Origin: Paraspadella gotoi
Lineage: Eukaryota; Animalia; Chaetognatha
DNA length: 64,000 nucleotides
Direction: 5' to 3'
Assembly: GCA_051294375.1 (NCBI GenBank)
Contig: CM119266.1
Coordinates: forward strand, 8,208,606-8,272,605
A program made the position numbers and the translations under genes. Of this stretch, positions 13,403 to 33,450 are shown piece by piece. The notes under the pieces were generated by a model. The model did not search any database. It was not told the DNA's origin and saw nothing but the letters and a program-made list of their open reading frames with translations. Within the stretch, counting starts at the first letter, position 1. Each line of letters opens with the position of its first letter.

Positions 13403-16400
13403 TTAACATTGATCGTTATTGCGAAAATTTCGGAAAGTTTTGAACTTGATGTAGGCAGCGTGGTTCTTCTCGTATTTTCTCAAAAGATGAAGAAACCTGA
13501 AATAAATAAATAAAACTTTATTACTATGATAAAATCATAAGCATATAAATGTCATGGACAGTAAAAATCTTAAAACCACCTGTCCACTACGCCATCTGGT
13601 ATGCGATGCTTCTCCACCAACAACTTGTGAAAATCGAGACAGATCATCTTGGACACGACTTGTCTCTTCAGGATTCGAGGATTGCGTCGTCGGCAGATTT
13701 TGGTCGTCAATTTGGTCCAGAGGCGAATGAGGACGAAGCAGAGGCGAAAGAGCTGTTGGGGGGGGGGTGTAGGGGATGGAGGGGGAGGAAGTGGGGAGGA
13801 TGGAGAAGGAAAAAGAGAAGAAGAAGAATATTGGGATTGGGAGGGAAATGGGGAGAAGGTTAGGAGAAATGGGAGGAAGAGAGAAAGGAAAAGAGGAAAG
13901 AAGAAGAGGAAAAAGATGAAGTAGAGGATGGGAGGAGGAAGAGGAGGGAGAAAAAGAAAGGAAATAAAAATAATCGGAAAAAAGAAGGAAATGGGATGAG
14001 GGGAGAAAATAAATATTAAAAGAAAAGAAATTAAAATGAAAAGAGAAAAAAAGGGGAAAAAAGAAAAAAATAAAGGTGACAAAGTAAGTTTGAGGAAAAA
14101 TAAAAGAAGTAAAAGGAGAAGAAGGCCAACAGAGGCGTTGGGTCAGTTAGTTGAAGAATAATCATTATTAATCAAATTCCTTATCCTCTCTCCGTGTCGA
14201 GAGAGAAACCCTTCTCTCTGATTGGTCACTCCTAATCCTCTCTCCCTGTCGAGAGAGAAACCCTTCTCTCTGATTGGTCACTCTAAAGAAAAAGACGGAA
14301 AAACCAAGAGAGGTAAAAACCATTTGGTCTATTTCCTGCGATGTCATCACTTTCCCTAACTTTTTCTGACCCCTTACCATCGAAAATGGCGCCGGCCAAA
14401 TCGTCCGCTCGTGATATTCGTAAATCATCTCAACTCGAGAAAATTTGTAGATTTTTTGAGAATTTTTGTTGATGGATTCGATCGTGTTTGAGAAGAGAGC
14501 GATGATGAGGTTGAGAAGGAGGAAGACCCCAAAAAGCATGTAGGTCGCCTAGGAAGACAGAGAGACAGGAGTTTACAATGAGTTACAATATGTAGCAATA
14601 TACAACGACTATAATTAGGATTCATGAAAATATTTTATTATGTTTTAGGATGTGTTTTATTCTAATACTTTTTGACAAGAGCGTTCCATCACAACAGAAT
14701 GATTATAACGGCGGAAAATATGAATGGGATTTAAATTCGGGAATTTCCAAATTTCGGTTTCTATAATTCATCATCTTTAATTTATTATTTAACTATTTTT
14801 TCAGACGCTATCGAATCAAGTCTCAAAATATTGTGCATTATTAATCAACGAATTATTTCATTTAACTTTATTTTGATATAAAATTATAATATTGTCACAT
14901 GATTGACCTCACCTCGACCAGTGGCAGCATCACATTCAAGATGGCGTCTTCGTGATCCCGAGTCGGGTATGTCGCCGCCGACTTGAGACTCTCGTTTCCG
15001 CCTTCAAGTTTCTCCGCGAAATCTGTGTTGCTGCCGAAGAGAGGCCAGTATCTGTGGCGGTTTAATTAAAAGTCAATTAATTATTATTAGATTAATCAGT
15101 CAATTAAAAACTTAGAATGTTCAAATCTTAAAATTGATGTACATCTCATGTTTTAAGTCTTTGGAAACAATAATATTATTTAAGAGGAATATTTGGGGTT
15201 TTCAAAAAGGATTGTCGTTGTACTCTCTCTGTCTCCCTTTCACCTTTCACCAACTTTACTGTGTTTCTCTCTCTCACTCTCACTCACGGGTCCAAAAAGA
15301 TCCCCGCCACGTCGTACAACCAGTGCGGCGGCGCGAGGCCGACGCCGCGTCGCAGCGGCCGCAGCACGGCGAAGGCTGCGACGCCGAACGCGGACCAGAA
15401 GACGAAGACGATGGCGAGGAAGTGGAAGAAGTCGACGAAGATTCCGCGGAGCATGAGGAGTTTGGGACCGAGTTCGGTGAAGAAAAGGTAAGTCTGGAAA
15501 AAGGTGATTTTGGATGAAGAATAGGTGAGTAAATATAGATTATTTTAAATCTCAACTTGATATTGTAGCAAAGGTTTAATGGGAAAAGCTGAAATGAATA
15601 GTTTTTCAAATAGTTTGTACAGCGCGTGTTTAGGTTAGTTGCGGTCAAATATTGTAGTTTTGTAAAGATTTCAAGACGTCTTCTCAAGGTGACTTTTTCT
15701 GCTCAATGCTCAGTTCTTACTGTTATGTATACTGTATTGTATAGTCTTTTAGTATTTTAAAGATTTTGATAGTTATGTAAAGAGAATGTAATTTATGTAG
15801 TTAAATTGAATTAATTTTTTTTTCTTTCAAATAGTAGTTTTAAACACTAGGATCATCTCTTTAAATGTTATACTACACTGTAACATCAATCTTTCAATAT
15901 AGAATGATGAAAGTTTCTTATTAACATCGCAGGATAAAAAATCCTCCCCAAAGCAGAAACGGATCGGAGGATCGGGAAATCTCCGCCGATATGGAATCGC
16001 CGAATCATGATTGGTCAAGACGAAATCGGCTTCGACCAATTAGCTTGCAGAAACAATGAAATTGTAAAAATAGCCCATGCCTCTGATCCTCTTCTCCAGA
16101 TATAAATAGACCTCGCTTTCTTTAGTTTCAGTAGAATTGATCTGGACTCTTGTGTGTGTCTCACCGACATTGTATTATTCTCAGAATAAATCCCGTTTCG
16201 ATTTCGACCATAGAAATCCATGAGTTTTTCCTTCGATGTTAAAATTATTATTATAAAAGTTTCCTAAAAAAATTATTTACTTGTAGCAGCCTGAGGCAAT
16301 AGAGCATAAAAATGGCGATGTAAAAATGATGGAGAAGGAAGGCAGCTTGGGCGGTCACTTGACCCTTTCGCTCCAGCGTCACGCGAATGACGAAACCGAT

Positions 16401-19400
16401 TGAGCAGAGGACGACTATGATGAGGTCCAGTAGGTTAAAAACGAAACTTGTGGTGAACCTGGAAAAGGGTTATTAGTTTAAACCGTTATTGAATATCTAT
16501 TAAATTTCTAACAATGGAATATTTCTTTTCATGTCATGTTCAGACTGTCATCTTGATTTTCATTTGCCAAACTTTGGTGACAAAACTGACCTTGAAAAGC
16601 CGTAGTGACGAGCGAATTTGTTCCTGAGGTTTCCCGATTCGTTCGCCAACTGCGTCACCTCGTTGACGAGAAAATTGAGCCAAAACGCGTAGATGAGAAT
16701 CTCGACGACCACGTGGGGATTTTTAGGGGAAGACCATCCTTAAGATTTTAACATGAAGTCGTTGCAAGAAATACAGATTTACTTTCGTATATAATCATTT
16801 AATTTTTCAGTTTCTTTACCTGAAGCCCACTCGACGGGATCAATGATGCATATAAATATTCCAAAAATAATTAAAAACGTGATATAAAGTAAAAAGTGAA
16901 CGAAAAATTTGACAGAGGCCGAAAAATAGAAATTGGCGACTCTTTGGTGATATCGAGGTCCTCGTGGGGATTGTCCAGGGTCGACCCCGATAGAGTAGAG
17001 ATCGTTGCGAAGTTTCGGTCTCAGATGGATGAGCTCAGAGGTATCAGGCTCTTCCTTAGTTTTTGCTCTTTTGTCAATGGTGATCAATTGAATTGGAAGA
17101 ACAAAAAAATCTTTATATAACTTGATTATGTATTAAATCGATTTATTTTGATATCATTTTGGATTTTTTTACCTTTGATTAATGAGAAACGGTACCAAAG
17201 GTGGGAGAGCAATAATGGGAATAATTTTGAATGAAGAAGTTTGTGGAGACATCAGGCCAAACCAAATATTATTCAGATGGTTTTGACAAGCGTCTTGAGC
17301 AACAAAGTCAAGGCAATTTCCTTCAGAAAGGAATTACATATTCAAATTCACGTTAAATACTTTTATATTTTCAGAAAAATTATAACCAATACCTATGGTA
17401 GCAAGTTGAAAGCAAGAGACTCTTCCAAAACTTTTTAAAGCTTGTAATAGTAACAGCTGAGTTCTATACTGGCTGTAATGATGACACTGATTTAGTATTT
17501 GTACAGCTGCATTTTCAAAAATTATTTTATATGTATTTAATGTTTCGCTTGCCTCGTCCGCCTAAATATTAATAGTATCACAGATTTTTCAACATTATTT
17601 AATGGGATTTAAATATAAGGGGTATAATTTACCTGAGCTAAGTTTGTGATTTTAATCATTTTTTGTAAAACGCAGCAAGCAAATAATGCAGCACCCATTT
17701 GATGGGGAACTCGTCTGTAATTTTCATTGATAAAAAAATTTAAATTGCTTTTACTTAATATTGTTATTATTTTTTATATTTTGTTTAAAATGTTTTCTAT
17801 ACATACCTTTTGGACAAAACTATCCAAGCAACTTCAAGCTTCCCAGTTAACAATGCCCATAGCAATAACTCAAGCCATTGGGATTTAATCTCATTTTTAT
17901 TAAAGCAAAAGTTGCTAAGAGCCGATCCGCCCGTTAAAGAGATAAAATCTTCAAGCACAAGCTCCTTCATATATTTTACATTTTTGCGATGAGTCCAACA
18001 TCTTAAACTGAAGTAAGAGATACGGTCCTTCACGTATTGGGGAAAGCGTTTTGGCCTTGTTGACGAGACAGATTTTAAAAAAAATTAACATATTGCTTAC
18101 AAATGATCAAAAAATAAAAAAATATTTTTATATTTTTTTTTTACTTTTAAAATATTAAAATTTTTTCCATGGTAATTCATTTGATCTCATCCGGCAGTGC
18201 AAGCTTGCTTGCCTGTAAAGATATTCCAATTTGGTTTCCACGATTCTTTTGATGGCTCTGTCAAGTTTTTTTCCCGGAATCAAATCGAAAAATGCAGCGA
18301 TGGATTCCGCCGCCGACGAATCGTTGCTGACGAGGAGCTTGAGGATCATCTGTTGGACGCTGATGACATAAAAATACATCATAAAGAATATTAATTGTTT
18401 TTAAATATTTTGAATTTTCACAGAACAATTATCCCTTTACAACCTCTCAAACTCTTTCTCTATCACGTCCAATCCTCTCTCGATCCACGGCCTCATTCCC
18501 AGTTGAGCGCCGAGGGCCAAACTCGTCTTGTCGACCTCGCGACATTCAAGGATCATGTTGCAGACCCTGACGTCCACGCGGTCGTCGTCGTCCGGACGGA
18601 GAAGGTGGACGAGGTGTTGGAAGGGCTCCATTTCCTTCAAGGACTCTGTCAGGTAAGACGTAAAAAATAAGTTGGTCATGATTTCTTTACATTTGATCTA
18701 TATTTAATTTTGATTTAATTTAAAATAAAAATAGATCGATTTAATAGGTATGAATTCAATTGGCTTTAATAAAAATTTAGACTTTTTTCAGATTTATTTT
18801 ACTTTTAGCAATTTCCGATTTTGAGCCAAAAATTGAATCGACTGCCGCGTCTAGGATGTTGGGGTCGATTCTTCCTGCCTTCAAGTGAGATAGGGAGAAA
18901 AATTAAAGGTATGGATAAAATTTAAAAAGAAATTAAAATAAGATGAATAAAATAAAAAAGAACCTTACCTTCAACGAAGCCATTACATCCGCAGCGCCTC
19001 CTGTTCCGGCGATGATGATACAGGGGACTCCGTTGTCGAGGGCGTCGGCGACTCGCTGGAGAGAAGTAGCGTCGCCTCCAAAGAGCAGCTGCGCTAGGGG
19101 CAGAGCCTTGTGCCACTGGAGCTCCAGTTCAGAGCGAACTTTATTCATGAAGTCTTTGTCCGAACTTTAATCACAGTATTATTTTATATTAATAATAACT
19201 TTCTCTAAAAAAGTTTAGACGGTTAAAAAATAGTTACCTCTTATTACATCCGAGTTGACTGGAGAAAGGTGTTTCAATTATTAAAAAATGAGTGTGATGT
19301 GGATTCAATTGAGCAACATCGCTGTTGTAGCTTTCGTTGTTATCATCATTTACTTCATAGCGCCAGTCAATATCTTAAAAAAAAGATTGAATGACTTACA

Positions 19401-21868
19401 ATAATGAATACAATATGATGTATTTTGTAATTTTTATTTAACTTTAAAATCTAATTCGGCTTGGCTAGCCAAGTTTTCAAGCTCACCCTCTCTAAAAGCT
19501 TGCCAGTATTTTTCCATGTTCGCTACTCTATTAGCGGCGACGACGCCAAGGCCGACAAAATTTGGGGGATCTTCGTCGATGTCGGATGAAGTGATCGACT
19601 TTTCCTTGAGCCGTTTTAAAACCTAATATAATTAGAAACACAACAAAACAAAGAGTTTTAAGCTCACTTTTGGAAATAACTATTGGTACTAATAGTTTTA
19701 AGCTATTCTTTGTCAGAATTTTTATTTGTCCTACAGTTTTCCCTTTATTTATATCTCTTTTTAAAACGCTTGCTCTGCTCAATATCTGTCCCCTTAACTT
19801 GGCTTTCCTCATTCTTACGGCAACACCCTCCCCTTAACTTGCCTTTCCAACAATTAGTCTCTCCAGCGTTCCATTGTTCATCCCGGTCGTCAAGAACATC
19901 ACGCTGTGAAGAGAGGTCGCCAGGCGGGTGAGGAGCGCCTGACAGTCGGCCAGGGTTTTGCCTGTCATTCTGCGGAAGCAAAATTTGATTGGGTATTTAT
20001 AAATTGAGATTTCTTTTAGTTGGGAGTGTATTAATAGAAAATTATATTTATTGCTCAAACTTGTCAGCAGTTCCGACTATGGAGAAAATTATCTTGGGTG
20101 GTGGGACGTTCCAACCGGTTGAGGAGGTAAGGGTGTCAATGAAAAACGTAGAGGGTAAGTCGGAAAGGGATGCTGCAAAAAATGAAACAAATAAATTAAA
20201 ATTGCTACTTTTGCTTTTTTAAAGAATGCTTTTTGGCGAAAAAGAAAAAATAATTCAAAGAAAAATCTTTTCATACAATTTTTTAGAATAAATCAAAAAA
20301 CACTGTCCAACTCTGTACAGCAATGTATTTTTTAACTTTAACATGAGCAATAACATTAAAAATAATTCAAAAGTATAAACAATTTTTTAAAAAATATCCT
20401 CATCAATAATTTGAACTCTAGAATAAACAAGATTACTTGAAAATAAAAACAATAAAAAAAAAAGAACAATTTAATTAAATATCAAACCTTCCGAAACTGT
20501 CGCCGTCGCGACGAATTTTTTCCGGTAAAAAGAATCGACGTCTCCTTTAGTCGCGTCCACGAAGACGATTCGTTTCGCGGCGCCGACGAAGACCTTTTCC
20601 GGCGTCGAGGCGGCGCCGGGAGAAACTTCACCGGGACCGGAAGTACCGGCGCCCAACGTCGGCAGATCGTCCGCGTAATCGTCCTCGGGTAGATAGCGCC
20701 GCGGCGCCAAGCCGTCCTCCGGAAGGAGGTCTCGCGGTGCCGGGCCGTCGTTCGGGAGGCGTCTTCGAGGAGCCGGACCAACGGACCTGGAGTTGCGGAG
20801 TTCCGGCGGAAGGACGGCGGCGGCGGCGTCGTCGCGGCGGTCCTGAGCGCCGCAGCAGCTGAGAAGATGGCGTGATCTGGCGCTTGTGGACGCAGGGGTT
20901 GGTCGCGGATTGGGATTTAAAGACGAAGGATTTGTTACGTTTATAAGAAAACTACGTAATGTCATTATTTTAACATTATCGTCTAATTTTAACCCTAGTA
21001 TTCCAAATTTATTTTATTTTTATCACCTTTGAAACTCAACAGCGACTCTTTTTTCTCTTCTTTCCGTTGATCTGAAGACGTCGAAAATTCTCTTCGTGGA
21101 TCTTCTCAAGTTGTCGTCGTCGTCGTCATCTTCGTCGTCTCCTCCGCTGGACGAAAGAATGTTGTTGTTTTTTTTTTTTTTAATATTGAAATACAATTTT
21201 TGAACCCCTGACCAATTATACCGTTTCTTTCTTTTCCAGTCTTTACCTAGTCTTGTTCCTCATTTTTCCTTTCTCCAAACGGATCCAACTTAGCTCCATC
21301 AATGGCAAACTTTCCGCTCATTCATTTAAAATCAAGAAGGAACTTATCTAAGTATTTGTAAAATCTCGTCAAAAACTTACCTTTACATTTTTTGGTTAAA
21401 AAAAAATCCCCCTTTGAGATCTCTGTTATCTTCTAATAAATTACCTCTTTGAAATCACAATTTCCTCTCACCGTCTTCACAAGTCACAACTTATCCATTT
21501 TTACCTTTCTCAAACTTACTCGTCTCAATCTCTAACCTATCTCCCCCCCCCCTTACCGCAACCAACCTCTCTTCGCTCTCCCCTTCTAAAATAGGACAGA
21601 CGAGTTCGCGGCGGCCGTGAGTCCGACATGACGTTGAGTGTGGCTTCGATGATCCCGTTGTTGACGGCGTTGAGAGTGGCATTTGAGACTTGATCGTCGG
21701 CGACGGTATTGACGCCATGTTGGTCATTTCTAAGTCTTCGGGTCGACTTGGACGCTTCGTTTCGCCCTTCGAGGTCATCGTCTTTTCCGTCGTCGTCGCC
21801 GTCGTCCTCCCATCACCCCTTCCACCGATCGGGCTAACATCGTTCTCAAGTTCCTCCAATTCATTCAT
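13403..21868 (-). CDS. TRPM-family cation channel (divergent), about 20 exons
   Basis: N-terminal MHR motifs: WNVPPPKIIFSIVG (~20.1 kb), FLTTGMNNG (~19.9 kb), LNPHHTHFLII (~19.3 kb), VPCIIIAGTGGAADV (~19.0 kb), LLLWALL (~17.85 kb). Transmembrane and C-terminal exons: ~17090-16782 (S1), 16738-16591 (S2), 16458-16281 (S3-S4), 15493-15288 (LGPKLLML..D..FGVA), 15051-14913 (pore YWPLFG), 14548-14378 (S6 LLLNLIIALFS, TRP box YKFSR, PAPF), 13752-13580, 13496-13403 (stop). Exons above 20.4 kb and the ATG at 21868 are less certain. Confidence 0.92.
14196..14283. repeat. Short tandem duplication in a TRPM intron
   Basis: gtcgagagagaaacccttctctctgattggtcact occurs twice, ~52 bp apart. Confidence 0.7.
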
Positions 21869-22868
21869 GATCGTTATATAAATATTTATATTTATATTTA
21901 ACTAATAACTATCCTTCACATGTTTATGTTAATTTTATTAGTTTTTCGGCGTTTTTCGTATTCGTTTTACAAGTCAAAATCGCGAACGAAGAAATTCTCA
22001 GTAATGAACAGACTATTTGAAAACAGTTGCTTGTGTCAGTTTTCTTTCCAGTCAATGTTCAACTGTATTTTGTTTTTCCTGCTTGTCTCTTTACAGTAAT
22101 CCGTTACGTGCGATCCTAATTGACGTAGGTGTAGTTTTTCTTCTCGCTGTTTATTATTTTTTCTTTGTAAACAGGGATTGTTGACAATGATTAATAAAAA
22201 CACAAAAGGAAGATTTTCGGAAGAAAAAAAAATCATAAATAACTGAACCAGTTATTAGAATTCGTTTCTTTCTATTGGCTGGAGTAATACGCTGGAGCGA
22301 AAGAGGATTGGCTGGAGCTTTATCTTGGGTAGCGATGATTGGCTGGAGAGGCAGAAAAAAAAAATTTCTGGAGCCGGTCGCGTGTTCGAGTGCTACCACT
22401 CGAAAAGAGGGAGGGAATTGGAATATTAAATGATGCACATGATTTTGTCAAACTTAGATTTATCACTAATTAAATACTGCAATATACAATTATAAATAGG
22501 TAAACAAATTCTGATTTTTTAAAAAGTTTTCATTATGCATTATTACAAAAAGTTAGCAATGCTAGTTTTATTCATAGTGAATGGGCAAAGACATAGTCCC
22601 GCGATATTTCCTTTGTATTTTCCCATCAATCATCGTTGGTAAGTGATGTATATTTGAATCCGACTTTTCGGTATCATCGAAAGATAATCATTCTCTCGAA
22701 TCCTTACTTAGAATTAGATCATAAAAAAACGCTGGCATTTTTGTTTCACGAAAAAAAAACAATTTAATAAAAAAACAATTGGAGCTTTAAAAAAAAAAAT
22801 ACAATGTAGGGTGATTATAACACAAATCCATTGAACATAAGCTCGATTTCAAAAATTCGCTGCTTCTC

Positions 22869-23836
22869 TCATTGGGGTAGCGAACCGTAAGGGAGGTTGC
22901 AGTCACAACTTCCTCTCAAAGGTTCACAGGCGCCAGCTCTGTTGATGTAGCAGAAATAGTAGCGGACGCAAGGGTTGAAGCACTCGCTGGGATTGGACAG
23001 GTGCCTGTAGATGTATCCGTTGACGTCTGTTGGAAATGTAGGGGGATTTCGGGAGGGGGAAGGTGGAGGAAGAGAAGGGGGAAAGGGAGGGGAAGGGTGG
23101 GGAAAGGAAGGGGGAAGGGGGAAAGGGAGGGGAAAGGGAAGGGAGGGAGTAGGGGAAGGGGGGAAGGGGCGGGGGAAGGGAGGGAGGAGGGAGGGAAGGG
23201 GAAGAAAAGGAAGGGAAGGGAAGAAGGGAGGGGAAGGGGAAGAAAGGGAAGGGAGGGGGAGGGGGGAAGCAAAGGGCCGGGTAATGGAAGTCACGAAGAA
23301 AAAGATTGTTTAGTACAGTTCGAAAAGGAGAAAAAGTAAAAGGGTTATTTTACTTTCGCCGACCGGGGTTTTCAATTATTACCTAATTACTCTACCCATA
23401 AACCGCACCCTAACCCCGATCGGCGAAAGTAAAATTAACCCCAAAACAAACTTTTAATTCAGAAAAAGTTTATATTACATAATTTTCATTATTATACGTA
23501 ATTCCAACGCCGTAACTCAAAGATTAACTATTTGACTACTGACCAGAGAGAAGGCACGAAAATTATCTCAACCCTTCTGACGCGGCCCCCCGCCCCCTTT
23601 CCTCACGGCTTACTTATTAATCTCGCTCCTTCGGTGCTGGCGTCGCCGGCGTTACGCTTGGTCCTTTCGAAAGGGGGAGTGAACCATCCGTCTGAGAAAA
23701 GAATTGCCATCTTTATTAGTGATCTAATTAGTACTATTAAATGTATTATACGATTATTAACATCATCACCGTGAATTTCACTCTCAACCGCCGCCAAAAA
23801 GGCGACGACGACGACGAGCAGAGTTTGAGTTTTCAT
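22869..23836 (-). CDS. 100-aa secreted Cys-rich prepropeptide, 3 coding exons
   Basis: Exons 23836-23770, 23691-23614 and 23026-22869 (both introns phase 1; 303 nt) give MKTQTLLVVVVAFLAAVESEIHDGWFTPPFERTKR/NAGDASTEGARLINVNGYIYRHLSNPSECFNPCVRYYFCYINRAGACEPLRGSCDCNLPYGSLPQ*. Signal peptide, furin-type RTKR site, six Cys. Confidence 0.85.
23342..23441. mobile_element. MITE-like element (~100 bp, ~29-bp imperfect TIRs)
   Basis: gggttattttactttcgccgaccggggtt ... aaccccgatcggcgaaagtaaaattaaccc. No clear target-site duplication. Confidence 0.7.
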
Positions 23837-24282
23837 TGTTTCGCTGTAAATAGAAAAGAGTCGGATTTAAAAACAAACTTTCAAGGGTTTAATATAATAC
23901 GTTACGATCGTTAAAATGAAGGCAATTGAAATTACTGATGCGTTAGTATTCCATAGAAAATTCATGATAACTGATGTTTCAAACGAAAACGCGATTTTTT
24001 TTTTATCGCTAAATTTTTTAGATGGATTACAAATTGTTCGCCACGCTTAAAAAAAAATCACAATCTTGAGTCGCGTTATTGCTTTAACTTTTGTCTTCTT
24101 TTCTGATTCCCTTGGAATAAGACTCAAGAGCGTTCAAGATCTTCAAAATGCCTTCAAGATATCCTTTATTTTCCCAAATTTTTTATAGTGAGGAAAGGGG
24201 TACAACTCAGATTTCCGAAATTTAACCCTTTCATTGGATTGGTTGCATCATATCTATACTACTGGCTATATAATTTCTTCTC

Positions 24283-24339
<57 letters not shown>

Positions 24340-24554
24340 CTCTCTCTCAACACGCTCAAAAAAGCAAAAGTTAATTATATATTCTTTACATCAATTGCGT
24401 AAATTACAATAAAGATTACAATGTGTACATGATTCAGATATTTCTATATCTTCATCTTTCATGAATTAGTACGTTAGTGACAGAAATCATTTTTGTAACT
24501 CTTGAGACATTGACGCTAACCAAATCCTGACCAGTGACCACATCCTGACCCCCT

Positions 24555-30914
<6,360 letters not shown>

Positions 30915-33406
30915 TTTTTTTAGCGGAGTAAAATTCTGAGCGAAATGTATAAAATTGTTTATTTACTAGCTGCATTAAATAATGTCATCATTTTCATTAA
31001 ACCGGTTCATACAACATTTTTGGCTTAAAGTTAAAGTTTACTTTTCAACAAAACGAAAAGGCATTTATTTTTTAAAATTTGACCTAATGAAAAATCGATT
31101 TTCCGTTGAAAAATTGGCGGTCTGTTTTTTTTTCTTTGTTTACTTTGTGATGTTTTAATGTTTACTTCATATGTTTCGCATTTCGGTGTTTACGTTTCTC
31201 GTTTTACGACGAAGAATTTGAAAAATAAAAAAACAAATAAAAAAGATTGAACGTTCTGGATTTGATCAAAAATATTTTTTTTATTATAAAACATTACTTA
31301 TTTGATTTTTTTTCTTTCGTTTTAAAGAAAAGAAATTAGTGATTCATGAAAATTGTGAGTTTCGGGTGATTTTTGCGGTGATACGAGTTTTTTCACGGCG
31401 GAAGGAGGTTGGTGATCAATGAGGATGAGGAGGAGGAGGAGGAGGAAGTGACTTTTGTTTCGATTGTGAATCACTTTTCCGTGAAAACTTTCGTTCACAT
31501 CCGCCGAAGAGATTCGCGGATTTACGGGAAAAATCAATATCTTGAAAATTTAAATATCTAAATTATGAAATTGACGAGACAAAGAAACAAACCTTGGAAT
31601 GTATTATACGAATTTTGAATAGTATCTATTTCTTATAAAAGTCAACAATGCAATGTAAAAAAAATGATTAAAAAATAGATGAATCACTGATCCAATTCGA
31701 AGAAAAAACATCCGTCGATTATTCGCAAAGGGGAAGGGGATGGGATCCCCGGGGATGGGAGTTTGGTAGGGGAGGGGAAGATAGATGAGCTTTGGTTAGG
31801 AGAAGGGAAAGTGATATATAGGGAGGGGATGTGGGAAAATCTGGGGGGAGAGATGGGAAGGGAAGAAGAAGGGGAGATGGGCAGGGGAAAGTTGAAGGTC
31901 GATCATAAATTTAACAAATTGTCATTTGGCTTTTGATCGAATGTTTTTTTTTGTAATATTTTTTTAACAAACGAAATGGTGTTGGTCTATACCTGCGTGT
32001 GTCTTGGAGAGTCGCACCGAATATTTGAACATAAATAACATAATAAGCTTAGGTTACACGGAACCCGACAAAGTTTTCAGTCAAAGTGTGTTGACTGATT
32101 ATATTCCCTTGTAGGGGGATGTGTGGTAAAATGGCGAAGAGCAGACCACAATTTATAAATCAATTAGTTGAAACTGATATCAAACAAAATAAAACAATTT
32201 AATTATCATTTGTATTTTCAAAAATAAGTGAATACGTTAAACTTATTCGAGAAAATAATAAGATTAGGATTTAGGATTTAGAATTTAGGATCGGAAATAC
32301 AACTAAGGGTTTTAATAGAACATAGTTAAATAGTAACGGATATCTTAAGAATTACTCCAACATGCAAATTAGATTTTGTAACTTGAAAAGAGAAGGAAAC
32401 AAAGATCGGTAATCCATGACATGGGAAAGAGAAAATAAAAAAATGTTGAGAAAAGCGTAATGACTAGTTAGCAAAAGGTAAAATATGCCACAATTTTTTT
32501 TTCAGCGTAATTAAACTTCGATACAAATTAAAATATACCATTCCTTAATGACTCCACGCTACTTCCGGCTTAAGACCAAGTCTTGATTCGTCAATTTAAT
32601 CCGATGCGACTTTTCCGATTCTCGGATAAACCTATCGATGCGGTATTCGTAGGTGGAGCAGGAGCAGCAGCAGAAGCGACAGGGCCAGAGCAGAGGAGCA
32701 GCAATTGCGTCGATTTCTTTAGTAAAAACAGGTCAGGCGTTCCAAGAGAAGCATTTGTATTGTAGCAACCGAGATTATAGTTGAAAGGTAGAAAATCTGA
32801 AGTGATTGATGCTGCAGGATATAGCAAAGAGAAAGTTGCTGCGTCGTTTATGACTCAGTGAGTTTGGGGTGAGTCCTTTCCCGTCTGACATTTGACATTT
32901 GGGTGACCCGTTTTTCGGGTCAGTCGTTTTTAAAGGTTTTTTGAGGATCAACCACCTCTTTTCTTTAATTTGGTCGTTAAATAAGTAAAAAAAACGTTGA
33001 AATAAATGTATAAATGTACTTTCTTTTATTTTCATTGTTATCTTGTCTTCTCGTTTCGTGTTAACTCAATCATTTTTTTTCCTTTCAATTTTTTTATCTC
33101 TGTGACTTTGTTTCCTTTTCTCACGCGGGTTTCGTTTCGTATCTTGATATTTTATATCGCTAAAAAATGGTGATTTTTACATTCGAGTACAAAATATCAA
33201 TATAAAGACAACGAGACAGTTTAATTTTACAGAGTGCAGATCTTTCCCAGTTTCTTTTCTCCTTTTCACTCCCCCCCCTGTCTCTGTCTCTGTCTCTGTC
33301 TCTCTCGTTCTTTCTCGTTTTTGCGACGTTCGATTTAACCGAAAAAAAATCGAAATTCGATGAAGATTATTCGCGATTTCCTTGACTTTTGACGGACGAA
33401 GGAACA

Positions 33407-33450
<44 letters not shown>

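Noticed and set aside
32583-33035. Minus-strand gene from overlapping 78-86 aa ORFs
   Set aside because: No recognisable motif and no consistent splice structure.
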